A stretch of 64,000 nucleotides of DNA from Deltaproteobacteria bacterium (GTDB lineage: Bacteria > Desulfobacterota > Desulfarculia > Adiutricales > Adiutricaceae). Position numbers and translations under genes: made by a program. The notes under the pieces are model-generated. The model was given only the letters and a program-made list of their open reading frames with translations, had not been told where the DNA came from and made no database searches. This document shows, piece by piece, positions 46,990-57,362 of this stretch (position 1 is its first letter; every line of letters begins with the position of its first letter). The DNA is taken from the NCBI GenBank assembly GCA_031273455.1, contig JAISRZ010000065.1:46907-110906 (forward strand), read 5' to 3'.

Positions 46990-48084
46990 ATGATTGTTTT
47001 TCAAAAATCTCCCCTAAAAGCCACCGAGCCTTACCCAAATAATATACTTATTATCAAAATGAGCTCCTTAGGCGACGTTATTCACGCTTTACCGTCTTTA
47101 GCCGCTTTACGGGCTTTATACCCTAAAGCCCAGATCCACTGGGTGGTGGAGGCGGATTTAGCCCCGCTTTTGCCTGGGCCGCCCTTTTTAGACAAAATAA
47201 TCGTCTTTCCCCGGGCGGAATTAAAAATTAGTTCCCCAATAAGGTTCTTTCGAGCCTTAAATGGCTTAAGGCGCCAGTTAAAAGAGGTTAGGTACGATCT
47301 TTCGATCGATTTTCAGGCTTTAGCCAAAAGCTCTTTAGTGGCCTTTTTAGCGGGGGCTCAAAAAAAGCTGGCTTACTGGGAGACCCGGGAAGGGAGCTTT
47401 TTAGTCTCTAAAGGGGTGAAAGGGCCTAACGCTAACGACCACGTGATCCAAAGGTATTTGGACGTTATCCGCTACTTAGGCCCCGTGGCCCCCAAACTGA
47501 CCTTTCCTTTACCCGATTTCACCCGGGAAAAGACGTCTTTAAATAAGACCTTAAAAATTATGGGAAGTAATTCCCCCCGGGTCATCTTTTGCCCCGGGGC
47601 CAGTTGGCCCACCAAACTCTGGCCCCCGGAAAACTACGCGGCCTTAGCCGGTTTGTTGGCCAAAGAAGGGTATTCTTTGGTTTTGGCCGGGGGGCCCTTG
47701 GAAAGCGCTTTGGCTTTACGGATTAAGGCTTTGGCCCCGCGCGCGCCCATCGTCGATCTCACCGGCCAAACGGATCTAAGAGGCCTAATGGCCTTAGCCA
47801 CTTTGGGTCAGCTGATCATTGGCTCGGACTCGGGCCCCACCCACGTGGCCGCGGCCACCGGTCGGCCCACCATTAGCTTATATGGGCCCAATAACCCCCA
47901 AAGGACTGGGGTTTGGGGGCCTTTGGCCCACAATATTTTAAGCCCCGCCCCGTGCGCCCCTTGCTTTAAAAAGGACTGCCCCAAGGACTTTATTTGCATG
48001 GAAAGGTTAACCGTGGAGACGGTTTTCGCCGCGGCGAAAAAAGCCTTAAACTTAACCGAAAATCACTCCTCTAAAAAAGCTTGA
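46990..48084 (+). CDS. GT9 ADP-heptose:LPS heptosyltransferase
   Basis: ILIIKMSSLGDVIHALPSLAALRALYP and GSDSGPTHVAAATGRPTISLYGP are GT9 motifs. The start was trimmed to the ATG at 46990. Confidence 0.8.
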   Translation: MIVFQKSPLKATEPYPNNILIIKMSSLGDVIHALPSLAALRALYPKAQIHWVVEADLAPLLPGPPFLDKIIVFPRAELKISSPIRFFRALNGLRRQLKEVRYDLSIDFQALAKSSLVAFLAGAQKKLAYWETREGSFLVSKGVKGPNANDHVIQRYLDVIRYLGPVAPKLTFPLPDFTREKTSLNKTLKIMGSNSPRVIFCPGASWPTKLWPPENYAALAGLLAKEGYSLVLAGGPLESALALRIKALAPRAPIVDLTGQTDLRGLMALATLGQLIIGSDSGPTHVAAATGRPTISLYGPNNPQRTGVWGPLAHNILSPAPCAPCFKKDCPKDFICMERLTVETVFAAAKKALNLTENHSSKKA

Positions 48085-49286
48085 CGCAATTGACGGCGCA
48101 TGGCCGCGAGGCGCTCTTGGGCCTCCGGGACCCCTTGGCGGGCGGCTTTTTCGTACCACTCGGCGGCTAGGGCGTAATCCCGGGGGATACCCCCTAAACC
48201 CCCGGCCTCATGGTAAGCCCCCATAAAAAACTGAGCTTTCCCGAACCCCCCTTCAGCGGCTTTTTTTAGCCACAGGGCGGCTTCCTCGTAGTTTTGGGGA
48301 GAGCCTAAGCCATTGGCCTTAAAAATCCCCAAGTTAAACTGCCCCTCCAAGTTCCCGGCTAAAGCTGACCGTAAAAACCACTGGCTGGCTAAGGCCAGAT
48401 CTTTGGGTAGCCCACCTAACCCTTCGGAGTAAAAAACGCCTAAGTTGTTTTGGGCCCCGGGTTCCCCGGCCGCGGCGGCTTTTTGAAACCAGCTAGCCGC
48501 GGTTTTTAGATCCCTCGAGGTCCCCAAGCCGTCGTTATAATAAACCCCCAAAGCCTCTTGGGCTTTGGGTAACCCGGCCGCGGCGGCTTTAGTCATCCAA
48601 TGGAAAGCTAAAATGGGGTTAGAGGCGACAATCCGGCCTTTTTCGTACAGTAAGGCCAGTTCCCTTTGGGCTTCGGGCTCGCCGAGGTCAGCGGCTTTTT
48701 GGCAATATCCTAGGGTGACAAAGGGATCCTCAATAAACTCCCCGGGGTTTAAACCTAAGGCGCAGAGTTTGGCTACAGAGCTGGGCTCATTGTGGGCCGC
48801 GGCTTTTTGGCGCCAGAATAGGGCTTTAACCGGATCTTGAGCTAAGCCTAAACCCTCCTCGTAGATGATGGCCAGATTCTTTTGAGCCAGGTAATGGTCT
48901 TGGGCCGCGGCCAGCTCATAGTAATGGGCCGCTCGGCTAAGCGATTTTTTGATTCCTTCCCCTTGGGCGTACATCTTGGCCAACTGAGCTTGGCTTAAAG
49001 CGTGGCCTTTAACCGCGGCCCGGTAAAGCCAGGGGTAAGCTTGGCCGTAGTTAGGGTTCTTGGGGGAGCTTAAAGCTTTGGCCCATAAGCGCCACATGGC
49101 CCAAGAATGGCCAAGGTTCGCGGCTTTTTCGTATAAGCCCCAAGCCCGATGGTCGTTTTGGGCCTCCAAGCTTAAGGCTTTAGCGTAGATAACGTTAGGG
49201 TCCGGGTCTTTTCGGGTGGTCACATAAAAACTCCCCCCAAAAAGAACGAAGCTAACGATCAAGATAATCCGGCTAATTTTATCCAC
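48063..49286 (-). CDS. Sel1-repeat (TPR-like) protein with an N-terminal membrane anchor
   Basis: About 9 Sel1 units, e.g. AAHYYELAAAQDHYLAQKNLAIIYEEGLG and ASWFQKAAAAGEPGAQNNLGVFY. It is embedded in the LPS-core gene cluster. Confidence 0.8.
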   Translation of the reverse strand: MDKISRIILIVSFVLFGGSFYVTTRKDPDPNVIYAKALSLEAQNDHRAWGLYEKAANLGHSWAMWRLWAKALSSPKNPNYGQAYPWLYRAAVKGHALSQAQLAKMYAQGEGIKKSLSRAAHYYELAAAQDHYLAQKNLAIIYEEGLGLAQDPVKALFWRQKAAAHNEPSSVAKLCALGLNPGEFIEDPFVTLGYCQKAADLGEPEAQRELALLYEKGRIVASNPILAFHWMTKAAAAGLPKAQEALGVYYNDGLGTSRDLKTAASWFQKAAAAGEPGAQNNLGVFYSEGLGGLPKDLALASQWFLRSALAGNLEGQFNLGIFKANGLGSPQNYEEAALWLKKAAEGGFGKAQFFMGAYHEAGGLGGIPRDYALAAEWYEKAARQGVPEAQERLAAMRRQLRQAFLEE

Positions 49287-49381
49287 GGATTTTCCACCAA
49301 AGAAGGTTTATTAGTCATTATATAAGTCTTAGGGGCGAATTCCAAGGGGTCAGCGGAAAAAAAGGGGGTAAATTGGGGGAC

Positions 49382-50725
49382 TTAGGGCCGACTTAAATCG
49401 CTTAGCTTCCGGTTAGTTAGCCATTCTAAACCCCGAGTGACGTTGGGGACGGCGATATCGGGGAGAGCTAGGGTGGGGGAGTTAAAAAGGGCGGCCTTAA
49501 AGGTGGCTGGGGAAGCTGGGTTGGCCACTAAGATAGTTCGGGCCCCCAAGCTTTGGCCCAGGGCTAAAAAGCCTAGATCTTGGCCCATAAAAAATGATTC
49601 ACTTAAATTAAGCCCTAACGCTTTAGCTTTTTGACCAAAATCGCTTAAATTTTCCTGAGGTTTTTTAACGATGGGGTTATATTCCGGGCCAACCTGGTCT
49701 TGGTTACCCGCTAGAAATAGGCCGGATAAACCCCGGGCTTTAGCGGGCTCTAAAAACTTTAAGACCCGAGCGGCCACCGCTTCGGGGGTTAGGCCCAGAA
49801 AGCAAATCTTTTGGGGTCTAGGGCAGCTCCGGTTCCGGCAGGGGGCGCAGGGGACGCTTTGGCGCAAGACTAAGCTTTGGCGGCCTAAAGGCCCCGTGGC
49901 TAAAGGGTTAGTGGGGCCAAAGAGGACCGCCAGGGGGGTGTCCACGGCCCCGGCCAAATGGGCTAACCCCGAGTCATTGGCGATCAGGAGGCCGCATTTA
50001 GCTAAAACGGCTAGGGCTTCAATTAAGCTTGTTTGGCCAGCTAAGTTAAGGGCCGGGATGTCCGGGCCTAAGGCTTCCAGCGTCTCCTTAGCCGCTGGGA
50101 TCTCGCTCGGCCCGCCCAAGATGACGATGGCTAGATCCAGCTCTTTAGCTAAAAGCTGAGCGATTTTGGCGAACTTGGCCGCTGGGTACCGTTTGGCCTC
50201 GCCATAAGCCGCCCCCGGGGCTAGGGCCACTAAAAACTTTGGCGGTAAATCGATTTTAAGATCCGTGGGGGCCAATAGCCGCGGCGAAACGTAGGGGGCC
50301 TTAATCCCTAAGGCCTCCAGGAGATCCAAGTAATAAAAAACCTCATGGGCCAAGCGGTTTTCCGGTTTAAGGGGGATGGCTTTTCGCAATAAAAAACTTC
50401 GCCCGTTCCGGGCGTAACCTTGGCGGTTGGGTAGGCCAGCCAGAAAAGCCAGTATGGGCCCACTAATCGCGTTGGGCAAAAAAATAGTTTTTTCGGGCTT
50501 CAGGGCCTGAAGATCTTTAATAAGTTTTAAGCGGGTCGCTAACTTTTTGTCGTCCACGAAAACTTCTTTAACCCCCGGGGCTAAGCGGTAAATCCCGCTA
50601 GTCGCGGGCGCGGAGACGACATAGATATCTTCATCGGGCGCGTCTTTATGAATGGCCCTTATGGCCGGTAAGCTTAGGACCGCGTCCCCCAGCCAGTTTA
50701 AGCCGCGAACGAGGATCGGGCTCAT
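49382..50725 (-). CDS. GT9 heptosyltransferase (WaaF-like) with a degenerate GmhB/HAD-like C-terminal extension
   Basis: ILVRGLNWLGDAVLSLPAIRAI and ANDSGLAHLAGAVDTPLAVLFGPTNP are GT9 motifs. About 110 extra C-terminal aa follow: GLFLAGNQDQ...VKKPQENL...SFFMGQDLGFLALGQSLGARTILV. It overlaps lpxK by 4 bp. Confidence 0.8.
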   Translation of the reverse strand: MSPILVRGLNWLGDAVLSLPAIRAIHKDAPDEDIYVVSAPATSGIYRLAPGVKEVFVDDKKLATRLKLIKDLQALKPEKTIFLPNAISGPILAFLAGLPNRQGYARNGRSFLLRKAIPLKPENRLAHEVFYYLDLLEALGIKAPYVSPRLLAPTDLKIDLPPKFLVALAPGAAYGEAKRYPAAKFAKIAQLLAKELDLAIVILGGPSEIPAAKETLEALGPDIPALNLAGQTSLIEALAVLAKCGLLIANDSGLAHLAGAVDTPLAVLFGPTNPLATGPLGRQSLVLRQSVPCAPCRNRSCPRPQKICFLGLTPEAVAARVLKFLEPAKARGLSGLFLAGNQDQVGPEYNPIVKKPQENLSDFGQKAKALGLNLSESFFMGQDLGFLALGQSLGARTILVANPASPATFKAALFNSPTLALPDIAVPNVTRGLEWLTNRKLSDLSRP

Positions 50726-51747
50726 AAGGCCCCCTTTGGCGGTAAAAGGCTCAATAGGGTCTCCATAAACCTTTGGGGCTCCGTAAGGCGTAAAGAGGTT
50801 TCGGCCACGATTATCGGGAGATCCGAGCCCATTAGCTTCACCGCGTCTTTGTAAGTGGTCACTAAAAACTCGGCCCCTAAGTCTAAAAGATCTTGGCGGA
50901 GCGTTTGGAGGGTTTCCGGGCCAAAGGAGACGTGGTCAGGAAAGGCCCGAAAACGCCCCGGAAATAGTCCTAGCGAGGCTAATGACTGGCCAAAGCTTTT
51001 AGGGTTAGCTAGACCGCAAAAAGCCGTAAATTTCCGGTTTTGGGCCTCTTTAAGGGGCAGGGTCTTAGACGAGTTTAGATAAAAAAGATGGGTGATCATA
51101 AGCTCAGCGGCGAAACTTGGCAGATTCCAGGGGTTGGGCGGGGTCTCGGGGCTAGTGACCGCTAGGTGGGCTTTGGCCCCAGCGGCCAGGCTTTCCCGTA
51201 AAGGCCCCGCCGGGATAACCCGCCCGTTCCCAAAGGGCTGGGCCCCAGTTAAAGAAAGGATATCCACCTCGCGTTTTAAACCTAAGTGCTGAAACCCATC
51301 GTCCAAGATTAAAACGTCGGCCCCTAAGGACTCGGCTAAGCGAGCGGCTTTAACTCTTCGCTTGGCCACCACGACCGCGGCTTTAGTGGTTAAGGCTAAA
51401 AGGTAAGGCTCATCCCCAGCGTAGGTCGGGGAAACTAGGGGCCCCGCGCCTTCGGAGACTAAAACCGGATCGCCTAAGGGAAAGGCTCGTCGGCCATACC
51501 CCCGGGACAAGATGGCCGGCCGATAGCCCAAAGACAGTAAGGAGTTCGCGATATAAGCGGTTAAAGGGGTTTTGCGGTTGCCGCCCACGGTTAAGTTACC
51601 CACGGAGATCACTGGGACCCTAACTTTATGGCTGGTCAAAAAGCCGATTTCGTATAAGCGGCGGCGATAAGCGGCGAGACTAGCGTATAAGGCCCCTAAA
51701 GGCCGGAAGATAGCTGGCGGGTTAGCTAAAGAGTAAGGCAAGGTCAC
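50722..51747 (-). CDS. lpxK: Tetraacyldisaccharide 4'-kinase
   Basis: VPVISVGNLTVGGNRKTPL P-loop region and LDDGFQH motif. It overlaps waaA by 4 bp. Confidence 0.85.
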   Translation of the reverse strand: MTLPYSLANPPAIFRPLGALYASLAAYRRRLYEIGFLTSHKVRVPVISVGNLTVGGNRKTPLTAYIANSLLSLGYRPAILSRGYGRRAFPLGDPVLVSEGAGPLVSPTYAGDEPYLLALTTKAAVVVAKRRVKAARLAESLGADVLILDDGFQHLGLKREVDILSLTGAQPFGNGRVIPAGPLRESLAAGAKAHLAVTSPETPPNPWNLPSFAAELMITHLFYLNSSKTLPLKEAQNRKFTAFCGLANPKSFGQSLASLGLFPGRFRAFPDHVSFGPETLQTLRQDLLDLGAEFLVTTYKDAVKLMGSDLPIIVAETSLRLTEPQRFMETLLSLLPPKGAL

Positions 51748-53024
51748 TGACCGAGGCTTACGCCTAAAATCTCAATGGTGGAGCGGGCCGCCCCCCGGTG
51801 CTTGGCCACAAAGTCTTGGCCCGCGGCCCCCATGCGGTTTAAGCGCTCGGGAGCGCTTAAAAGCTCGGTTAAGCGGTCCAAAAGATCTTTTTTCTCCACG
51901 ATTAAGGCCCCGCCGGTTTCGGTTAGAGCCTCGTAAATCCATTTAAAGTTGTGCGATAAGGGCCCAGCGACCACGGGCCGACCCCGAACCGCCGCCTCCA
52001 AAGGGTTATGGCCCCCGCCCTCATGGTGGCCGGGCCAACTTTTGCCCACCAAGGCTAGGTCGGCTAAGGAGTAAAAGCGCTCTAGCTCCCCTAAGGTGTC
52101 TAAAATAAAGACAATGGCTTCTTGGTCCGTGGGGTTGGGGTGGGAACGGCGGGCGGTTTTTAAGGGAAAAAATTCTTGGCTCAGCCGATACGTTTGGGTG
52201 AATTTATGCCGATCCCGAGGGGCCAAAAGGAGCTTTAACCCAGGAAACTTCGTAAGTAAACTCTGGAAGATCTCCAGGATCATGAGATCCTCGCCCGCGT
52301 GAAAACTGCCGGCCACTAAGTAGCGGCCCTCGGGCCAACCAGTCTCCCTAATCAAACTTTCTCTGGCGTTAGGCCCCTCGGTCGGGGCGGCTAAATCAAA
52401 CTTTAAGTTCCCGCCCACGGACAAGGTCCCGGGATCCGCCCCTAAGACGGTGAATTTTTCCCGGTCCTCCGGGGTTTGGGTGACGATGCGGTCCACGTAC
52501 TTTAAAACCCGGGACCAGAAAAAGCCGACCCGTTGGTAGTTTTTAAAAGACCGAGGGCTTAAGCGAGCCGAAACTAGAGCGTTTTTGATGGACCGCTTAC
52601 GACAGGCCATGAAGATCCCGGGCCAGATGTCGGTTTCCACCAAGACCAGCCAGTCGGGCTGGGTGTGCTCTAAAAAACGCCGGGTGGACAGGGAAAAATC
52701 TAAAGGCGAGGGTAAAACGATGTTATTGGGCCAGCGGTTTTTGGCCATGGCCAGCCCGGCTAAAGTGGTGGCCGAGATGATGACCTCATGCCCATCTTTT
52801 TCCAGTTCGCTAACGAGTTCGCGGGCGGCTAAAACCTCGCCCAAACTCATGGCCCAAACCCAGATCCGGCGTTTATCGCCGATCCGCGGCAAGATTTTGC
52901 CGGGCCCAATGAACCTTTGCTTTAAGGTCTTTAAGTAGAGGGGGTTCAAAATACCCCGGGTCAACCAATAGGGCGTGGCTAAAATAAAGCCTAAAGTGTA
53001 TATGATGGCGTAAAGGGTTCGCAT
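51744..53024 (-). CDS. waaA: 3-deoxy-D-manno-octulosonic acid (Kdo) transferase
   Basis: N-terminal anchor, IWVWAMSLGEVLAAREL motif, C-terminal GGSF../GGHNPLEA motif. Confidence 0.9.
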   Translation of the reverse strand: MRTLYAIIYTLGFILATPYWLTRGILNPLYLKTLKQRFIGPGKILPRIGDKRRIWVWAMSLGEVLAARELVSELEKDGHEVIISATTLAGLAMAKNRWPNNIVLPSPLDFSLSTRRFLEHTQPDWLVLVETDIWPGIFMACRKRSIKNALVSARLSPRSFKNYQRVGFFWSRVLKYVDRIVTQTPEDREKFTVLGADPGTLSVGGNLKFDLAAPTEGPNARESLIRETGWPEGRYLVAGSFHAGEDLMILEIFQSLLTKFPGLKLLLAPRDRHKFTQTYRLSQEFFPLKTARRSHPNPTDQEAIVFILDTLGELERFYSLADLALVGKSWPGHHEGGGHNPLEAAVRGRPVVAGPLSHNFKWIYEALTETGGALIVEKKDLLDRLTELLSAPERLNRMGAAGQDFVAKHRGAARSTIEILGVSLGQ

Positions 53025-53303
53025 CTTAGGTTATTTTCCCGGTTATTTCGCGCCCAAAAAGTTAATTAAGGGCGAACATAATCTTTATCCCAACGACCGG
53101 AGATCGCGAAAGCAGTATATACCTTTCCGAGCGCTCGGGGCAATATGGCGAAAGGTCGGGTCGGCCTAATTATAGCTAAGTTAAGGGCTTAAGGTTTTAG
53201 GATTCCTAGTTTAGATATATATAGACTGAATAAAGCGTCTATAATTTTTAAATTGAGACAATGTTATTTAAATTAGTAGGTAAATTGGCGTAAAATATGG
53301 CTT

Positions 53304-54062
53304 TTAACTGGGTTTAGGGCGACCCACGGCTAAGGCCAACCCAGTGACCCCAACGAAAAAGACCACGTCATTAAAATCAATCAGCCCCAAAGCGAAGTGC
53401 GATAAACGCGGGGCCAAAGCTAAGCCTTGGGCCAAATAGGCGGCCCACGGGGGCAGGTAAGGCGCGGCCCAGCCCAAGGACCAAAGGACCGCTAAAACGC
53501 CTAAAGTGATTAAGGCCGCGGCTAAAGGGGACGGGTAGAGCGAGCCTAAGGCTAAGCCTAAGGCCACGAAGGTCGCGGCCAATAAAAAGAGCCCGAAAGC
53601 CGCGGTTAAAAGGACCGTTAAAGACCCGACCCCCATAAACCAGATGGCCACAAAGGGGAGTAAACTTAAGGCCGCAAGGAGCCACAAGGATAAAACCGCG
53701 GCCAAACCTTGGCCCCCAATGATCTCCAGGGGGCTTAAAGGCCAAGCGAGGAGCAGATCTAAGTGGCCCCCTTGGGCGTAGTTGGCCATGGCCCGCATGG
53801 TGGTTAAAGGGGACACCAAAAGAAGGACCAAGCCGAGGTTGGTTAAACCCTGGCTAAAGATGGTGAGATCGGCGCTTAACAAACGGCCCTTGGCCAACAA
53901 ACCTAAGTTTAAAGCCGCGTAATCAGCCACGGAATTGTAGAAAAGCAACCCCGACAAACCCAAAAAAACCACAATGGCTAAACCGCCGGCCGGGTTGGAC
54001 CAAAAGGCCCGAAACTCGGCTTTAGCTAGTTTAATAACGCATTTCCGCCTAAACTTTGGCAT
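53304..54062 (-). CDS. ABC-2 type transporter permease
   Basis: Six hydrophobic segments. It overlaps the upstream ATPase gene by 14 bp. Confidence 0.65.
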   Translation of the reverse strand: MPKFRRKCVIKLAKAEFRAFWSNPAGGLAIVVFLGLSGLLFYNSVADYAALNLGLLAKGRLLSADLTIFSQGLTNLGLVLLLVSPLTTMRAMANYAQGGHLDLLLAWPLSPLEIIGGQGLAAVLSLWLLAALSLLPFVAIWFMGVGSLTVLLTAAFGLFLLAATFVALGLALGSLYPSPLAAALITLGVLAVLWSLGWAAPYLPPWAAYLAQGLALAPRLSHFALGLIDFNDVVFFVGVTGLALAVGRPKPS

Positions 54063-54765
54063 GTTCGCCCACTAAAGAAAGGTAACCCGCCTCCAAGTCC
54101 GGGCCCAATTCGGCCCAAAAGGGGGTGGCCACCAGTTGGCCGCCCTTTAAAATAAGAGCCCGACTAGTGACCTTAGCCGCCTCGCCAATGGCGTGGCTGG
54201 AGATCAGAACCACCCGGTCTTTGGGGAGGTGGTTTAAAAAGCGCCTTAACCTAACGACCTCGTCTGGATCCAAACTGGCCGCGGGCTCATCTAAAAGCAA
54301 AAACTTGGGCGGCCCCATTAAAGCGATGGCCAAAGCGGCTTGCCGCCTTGAGCCCAAAGAAAGTTGGCCGCTTAACCGGTTAAGTTTTAAGCTTAAGTTT
54401 AAGGCCTCGGTTAAAAGATCGATCTGCTGGGCGGCGTCAATTGGGTTAAGGCCCAAAAAAGAGGCGGTTAGCTTTAAGTGCTCTAAGACCGTTAAATCAG
54501 CCACTAAGGGGGCCCTTTCCGGAAGCCAGCCTATTAGCCCCGGGGTTTGGCGAGCGTCTTTAGGGCTTAAGCCATTAATGGCCACAGTCCCGGCGTCCGG
54601 GGCCAAAGACCCGCCAAGGAGGCGCAAAAGGGTGGTTTTGCCCGCCCCGTTAGGCCCTAATAAAGCGACCCTTTCGCCCACCGCCAAGGTTAGATCTAGG
54701 TCGCGTAAAGCTAAGGTGGAGCCAAAGTCCCGGGAAAGGCCTTTAGCCATAAGAAAAGAAGTCAT
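54049..54765 (-). CDS. ABC transporter ATP-binding protein
   Basis: Walker A GPNGAGKTT, signature LSLGSRRQ, Walker B LLLDEP. Confidence 0.9.
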   Translation of the reverse strand: MTSFLMAKGLSRDFGSTLALRDLDLTLAVGERVALLGPNGAGKTTLLRLLGGSLAPDAGTVAINGLSPKDARQTPGLIGWLPERAPLVADLTVLEHLKLTASFLGLNPIDAAQQIDLLTEALNLSLKLNRLSGQLSLGSRRQAALAIALMGPPKFLLLDEPAASLDPDEVVRLRRFLNHLPKDRVVLISSHAIGEAAKVTSRALILKGGQLVATPFWAELGPDLEAGYLSLVGEHAKV

Positions 54766-54867
54766 AAGGGGTCAATAAATTTTGGCCAAAGGCCCAACAA
54801 TCGGTTATTTTCCTTTTGGCGAATTTAAAAGGGATTAGGGCTTTACGCCCTAATCCCTTTTAGAGGG

Positions 54868-55647
54868 TTATTGGTTGGGGTTGTATTGTTCTGGGCTCAC
54901 CCCGGGGCTGTATTTTTCCTGTAAAGTCCACCAATAGGGATCTTGGGTCAATAATTCCAAACCTAAGTTTAAGGCCTCCAGGAGCTCTTGGTTCTCCGGG
55001 TTGACCCCGTAAGCGTACTCCTCCGAGGGGATACCCGCCGAGCCGGCCACTTTAACGGCCAAATGCTTAATGACCTCGCCCGCGGAGACGGTGTTTAAAA
55101 CCGTGGCCGCGATCCGCCCGTTAACCACGTCGCTGGCGGCTAGGGCCGCGGAGGCGTAAGTGGATAAGGTGTAGTTCCGGCCATTTTGGTTTTTGGCTTT
55201 TTCCATGGCCTGGGCTTCCGAGGTCCCAGCCATGACCCCGATTTTGGAGCCGCCGGTTAAGATGTCCGCCGCGCTTAAGGTGGAGTCCGACCGGACTAAG
55301 ACCAGTTGATAAACTTGCCAATAAGGCCGGGTGAACTTAATGACGTTGGCCCGTTCCGGGGTGACGGACAGACCCGAGGCGATGAGGTCGATTTTTTTCT
55401 CGCGTAAACGATCGATGATTTTCGTCCACTCCACGGCCTCGTGCCGGACCTTAAAGCCCATTTTATTGGCGATCCAGTTTAAAGCCTCAATGTCAAAGCC
55501 CGTGGCCACGCCATGGTGGTCATGATAGGCGAAGGGCGGCAAATACGGGCCATAACCATTGACAAAAGTTTTACCGGCCACATCGGCCAGAAGGGGGGAG
55601 GCGGCTAATAACAGAAAAAATAATAAAGACACCAAAATTTTACGCAT
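54868..55647 (-). CDS. Amino-acid ABC transporter substrate-binding protein (SBP family 3)
   Basis: Signal peptide. GFDIEALNWIANKMGFKV...KIDLIASGLSVTPERANVIKFTRPYW. Confidence 0.8.
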   Translation of the reverse strand: MRKILVSLLFFLLLAASPLLADVAGKTFVNGYGPYLPPFAYHDHHGVATGFDIEALNWIANKMGFKVRHEAVEWTKIIDRLREKKIDLIASGLSVTPERANVIKFTRPYWQVYQLVLVRSDSTLSAADILTGGSKIGVMAGTSEAQAMEKAKNQNGRNYTLSTYASAALAASDVVNGRIAATVLNTVSAGEVIKHLAVKVAGSAGIPSEEYAYGVNPENQELLEALNLGLELLTQDPYWWTLQEKYSPGVSPEQYNPNQ

Positions 55648-56453
55648 GGAGATCCTCCAGACCCCAATAAAAAACTACTTAGCTAAAAAGCTAAATTAGC
55701 TCCCATTCTTAATTGATTGGGGCTAAAAGGCGAAAAATTAGACTCGGGTTAAAACCACCAAAAAGGGCGCCGTCATCCTGGGGGCTTTTTCTTTGGTTAA
55801 AGGATTATATTAAAGGCTCGGCTTGAAAGCAAACATTATTTTAGTCTGGAAAATGGTTAAACCAGGTAAAAAGAGAAAAAAATTAGCGATTAAGACTAAG
55901 TTTGTCTAAAAACTGGGGAATCTCTCCAGAGCGAAAACGAGGGGGCTTTTTAGCCTTTGGGGCGCGGATCGGGGCCCCTTTAAGCCCTTAGCCGACTTTT
56001 TATTGGTTAAGGGGCCAAAAAGAAGTATAATGGCCCCCAACTGGTCAGGGACCGTTTTTTATTGGCCTAAGATCAAAAAAGACTTGTCTATTTTCCGGCT
56101 TAATCGTTAAGCCGCCTGGTTCTTTTAACCTCTTGCGAAATACAGCCAAGACCACTGATTTTCGCGGGTTACGCGTCAGCTTAGTAGAGCGCTTAAACCT
56201 AAAACAATCAGAAGTGGGCTTTTGGCGAGCGATAACTGGTTAAACCAGTTATTTAACCTCTATTTTCCCCTTCATCTAAAAAAAGCTTTTTAAGGCCGGT
56301 TAGCCCGGGCGATGGGTTTTTACGGCGTTTTTCGGGGAATTTATGGGTCGAAAAGCCTTTTGGGGCGAGCCGGGTAAAGTCGTTAATTTAGCTAATAACA
56401 CACTATTTAACTAGCGTTTAATATACGGGTTTAAACAAATTAAGGAGACACAT

Positions 56454-57359
56454 ATGGAAAATTTAGCCGTGACCGAGGAACGCAAAGCCAGCTGGCTCAC
56501 CAAAATAGGTTTAGCGGAGATGCTAAAAGGCGGGGTCATCATGGATGTGGTCAACGCCGAGCAAGCTCGGATCGCCGAGGAGGCCGGGGCTTCGGCGGTC
56601 ATGGCCTTGGAGCGGGTCCCCGCGGACATTAGAGCCCAAGGCGGGGTGGCTCGGATGTCCGATCCCTTACTCATTAAGGAGATTCAGGACGCGGTCAGTA
56701 TCCCGGTTATGGCTAAATGTCGGATTGGCCACTTGGCCGAGGCCCAGATCTTGGAGGCTTTGGCCGTGGATTTCATTGACGAAAGCGAGGTCTTAACCCC
56801 GGCTGACGACCAGTACCACGTCTATAAACATGACTTTAAGGTCCCCTTTGTTTGCGGCTGTCGCAACTTGGGCGAGGCTTTACGGCGGATTGGCGAAGGC
56901 GCGGCCATGATTCGGACTAAGGGGGAAGCCGGCACTGGCGACATCGTGGAGGCCGTCCGGCACTTACGGTCGGTGACCGGGGAAATCCGGCGGTTACGCG
57001 AGACCCCTTATGAGGAGTTAATGACCGTGGCCAAAGACTTAGGGGCCCCGTTTGATCTGGTTTTGGAAGTCGCTAAAACCGGTAAGCTCCCGGTCCCCAA
57101 CTTTTCGGCGGGCGGGGTGGCCACGCCGGCCGACGCGGCCCTTATGAGGCTCTTGGGGGCTGAGGCCGTGTTTGTGGGGTCGGGGATTTTTAAGTCCAAT
57201 AACCCCGCTAAAAGGGCTAAAGCCATTGTGGAGGCCGTGACCTACTATCAGGACCCCCATAAGTTGGCCGAGATTTCTATGGGTTTAGGCGAGGCCATGA
57301 GCGGGATTAGCTCAGTGACTTTAACGGAAGGGCAGCGGTTAGCTGGCCGAGGTTGGTAG
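56454..57359 (+). CDS. pdxS: Pyridoxal 5'-phosphate synthase lyase subunit
   Basis: [35 protein letters not shown]...[11 protein letters not shown]. Confidence 0.95.
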   Translation: MENLAVTEERKASWLTKIGLAEMLKGGVIMDVVNAEQARIAEEAGASAVMALERVPADIRAQGGVARMSDPLLIKEIQDAVSIPVMAKCRIGHLAEAQILEALAVDFIDESEVLTPADDQYHVYKHDFKVPFVCGCRNLGEALRRIGEGAAMIRTKGEAGTGDIVEAVRHLRSVTGEIRRLRETPYEELMTVAKDLGAPFDLVLEVAKTGKLPVPNFSAGGVATPADAALMRLLGAEAVFVGSGIFKSNNPAKRAKAIVEAVTYYQDPHKLAEISMGLGEAMSGISSVTLTEGQRLAGRGW

Positions 57360-57362
57360 TTT

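Noticed and set aside
54125-54778. 217-aa plus-strand ORF
   Set aside because: It is antisense to the ABC ATPase gene, which has clear Walker A, signature and Walker B motifs on the minus strand.
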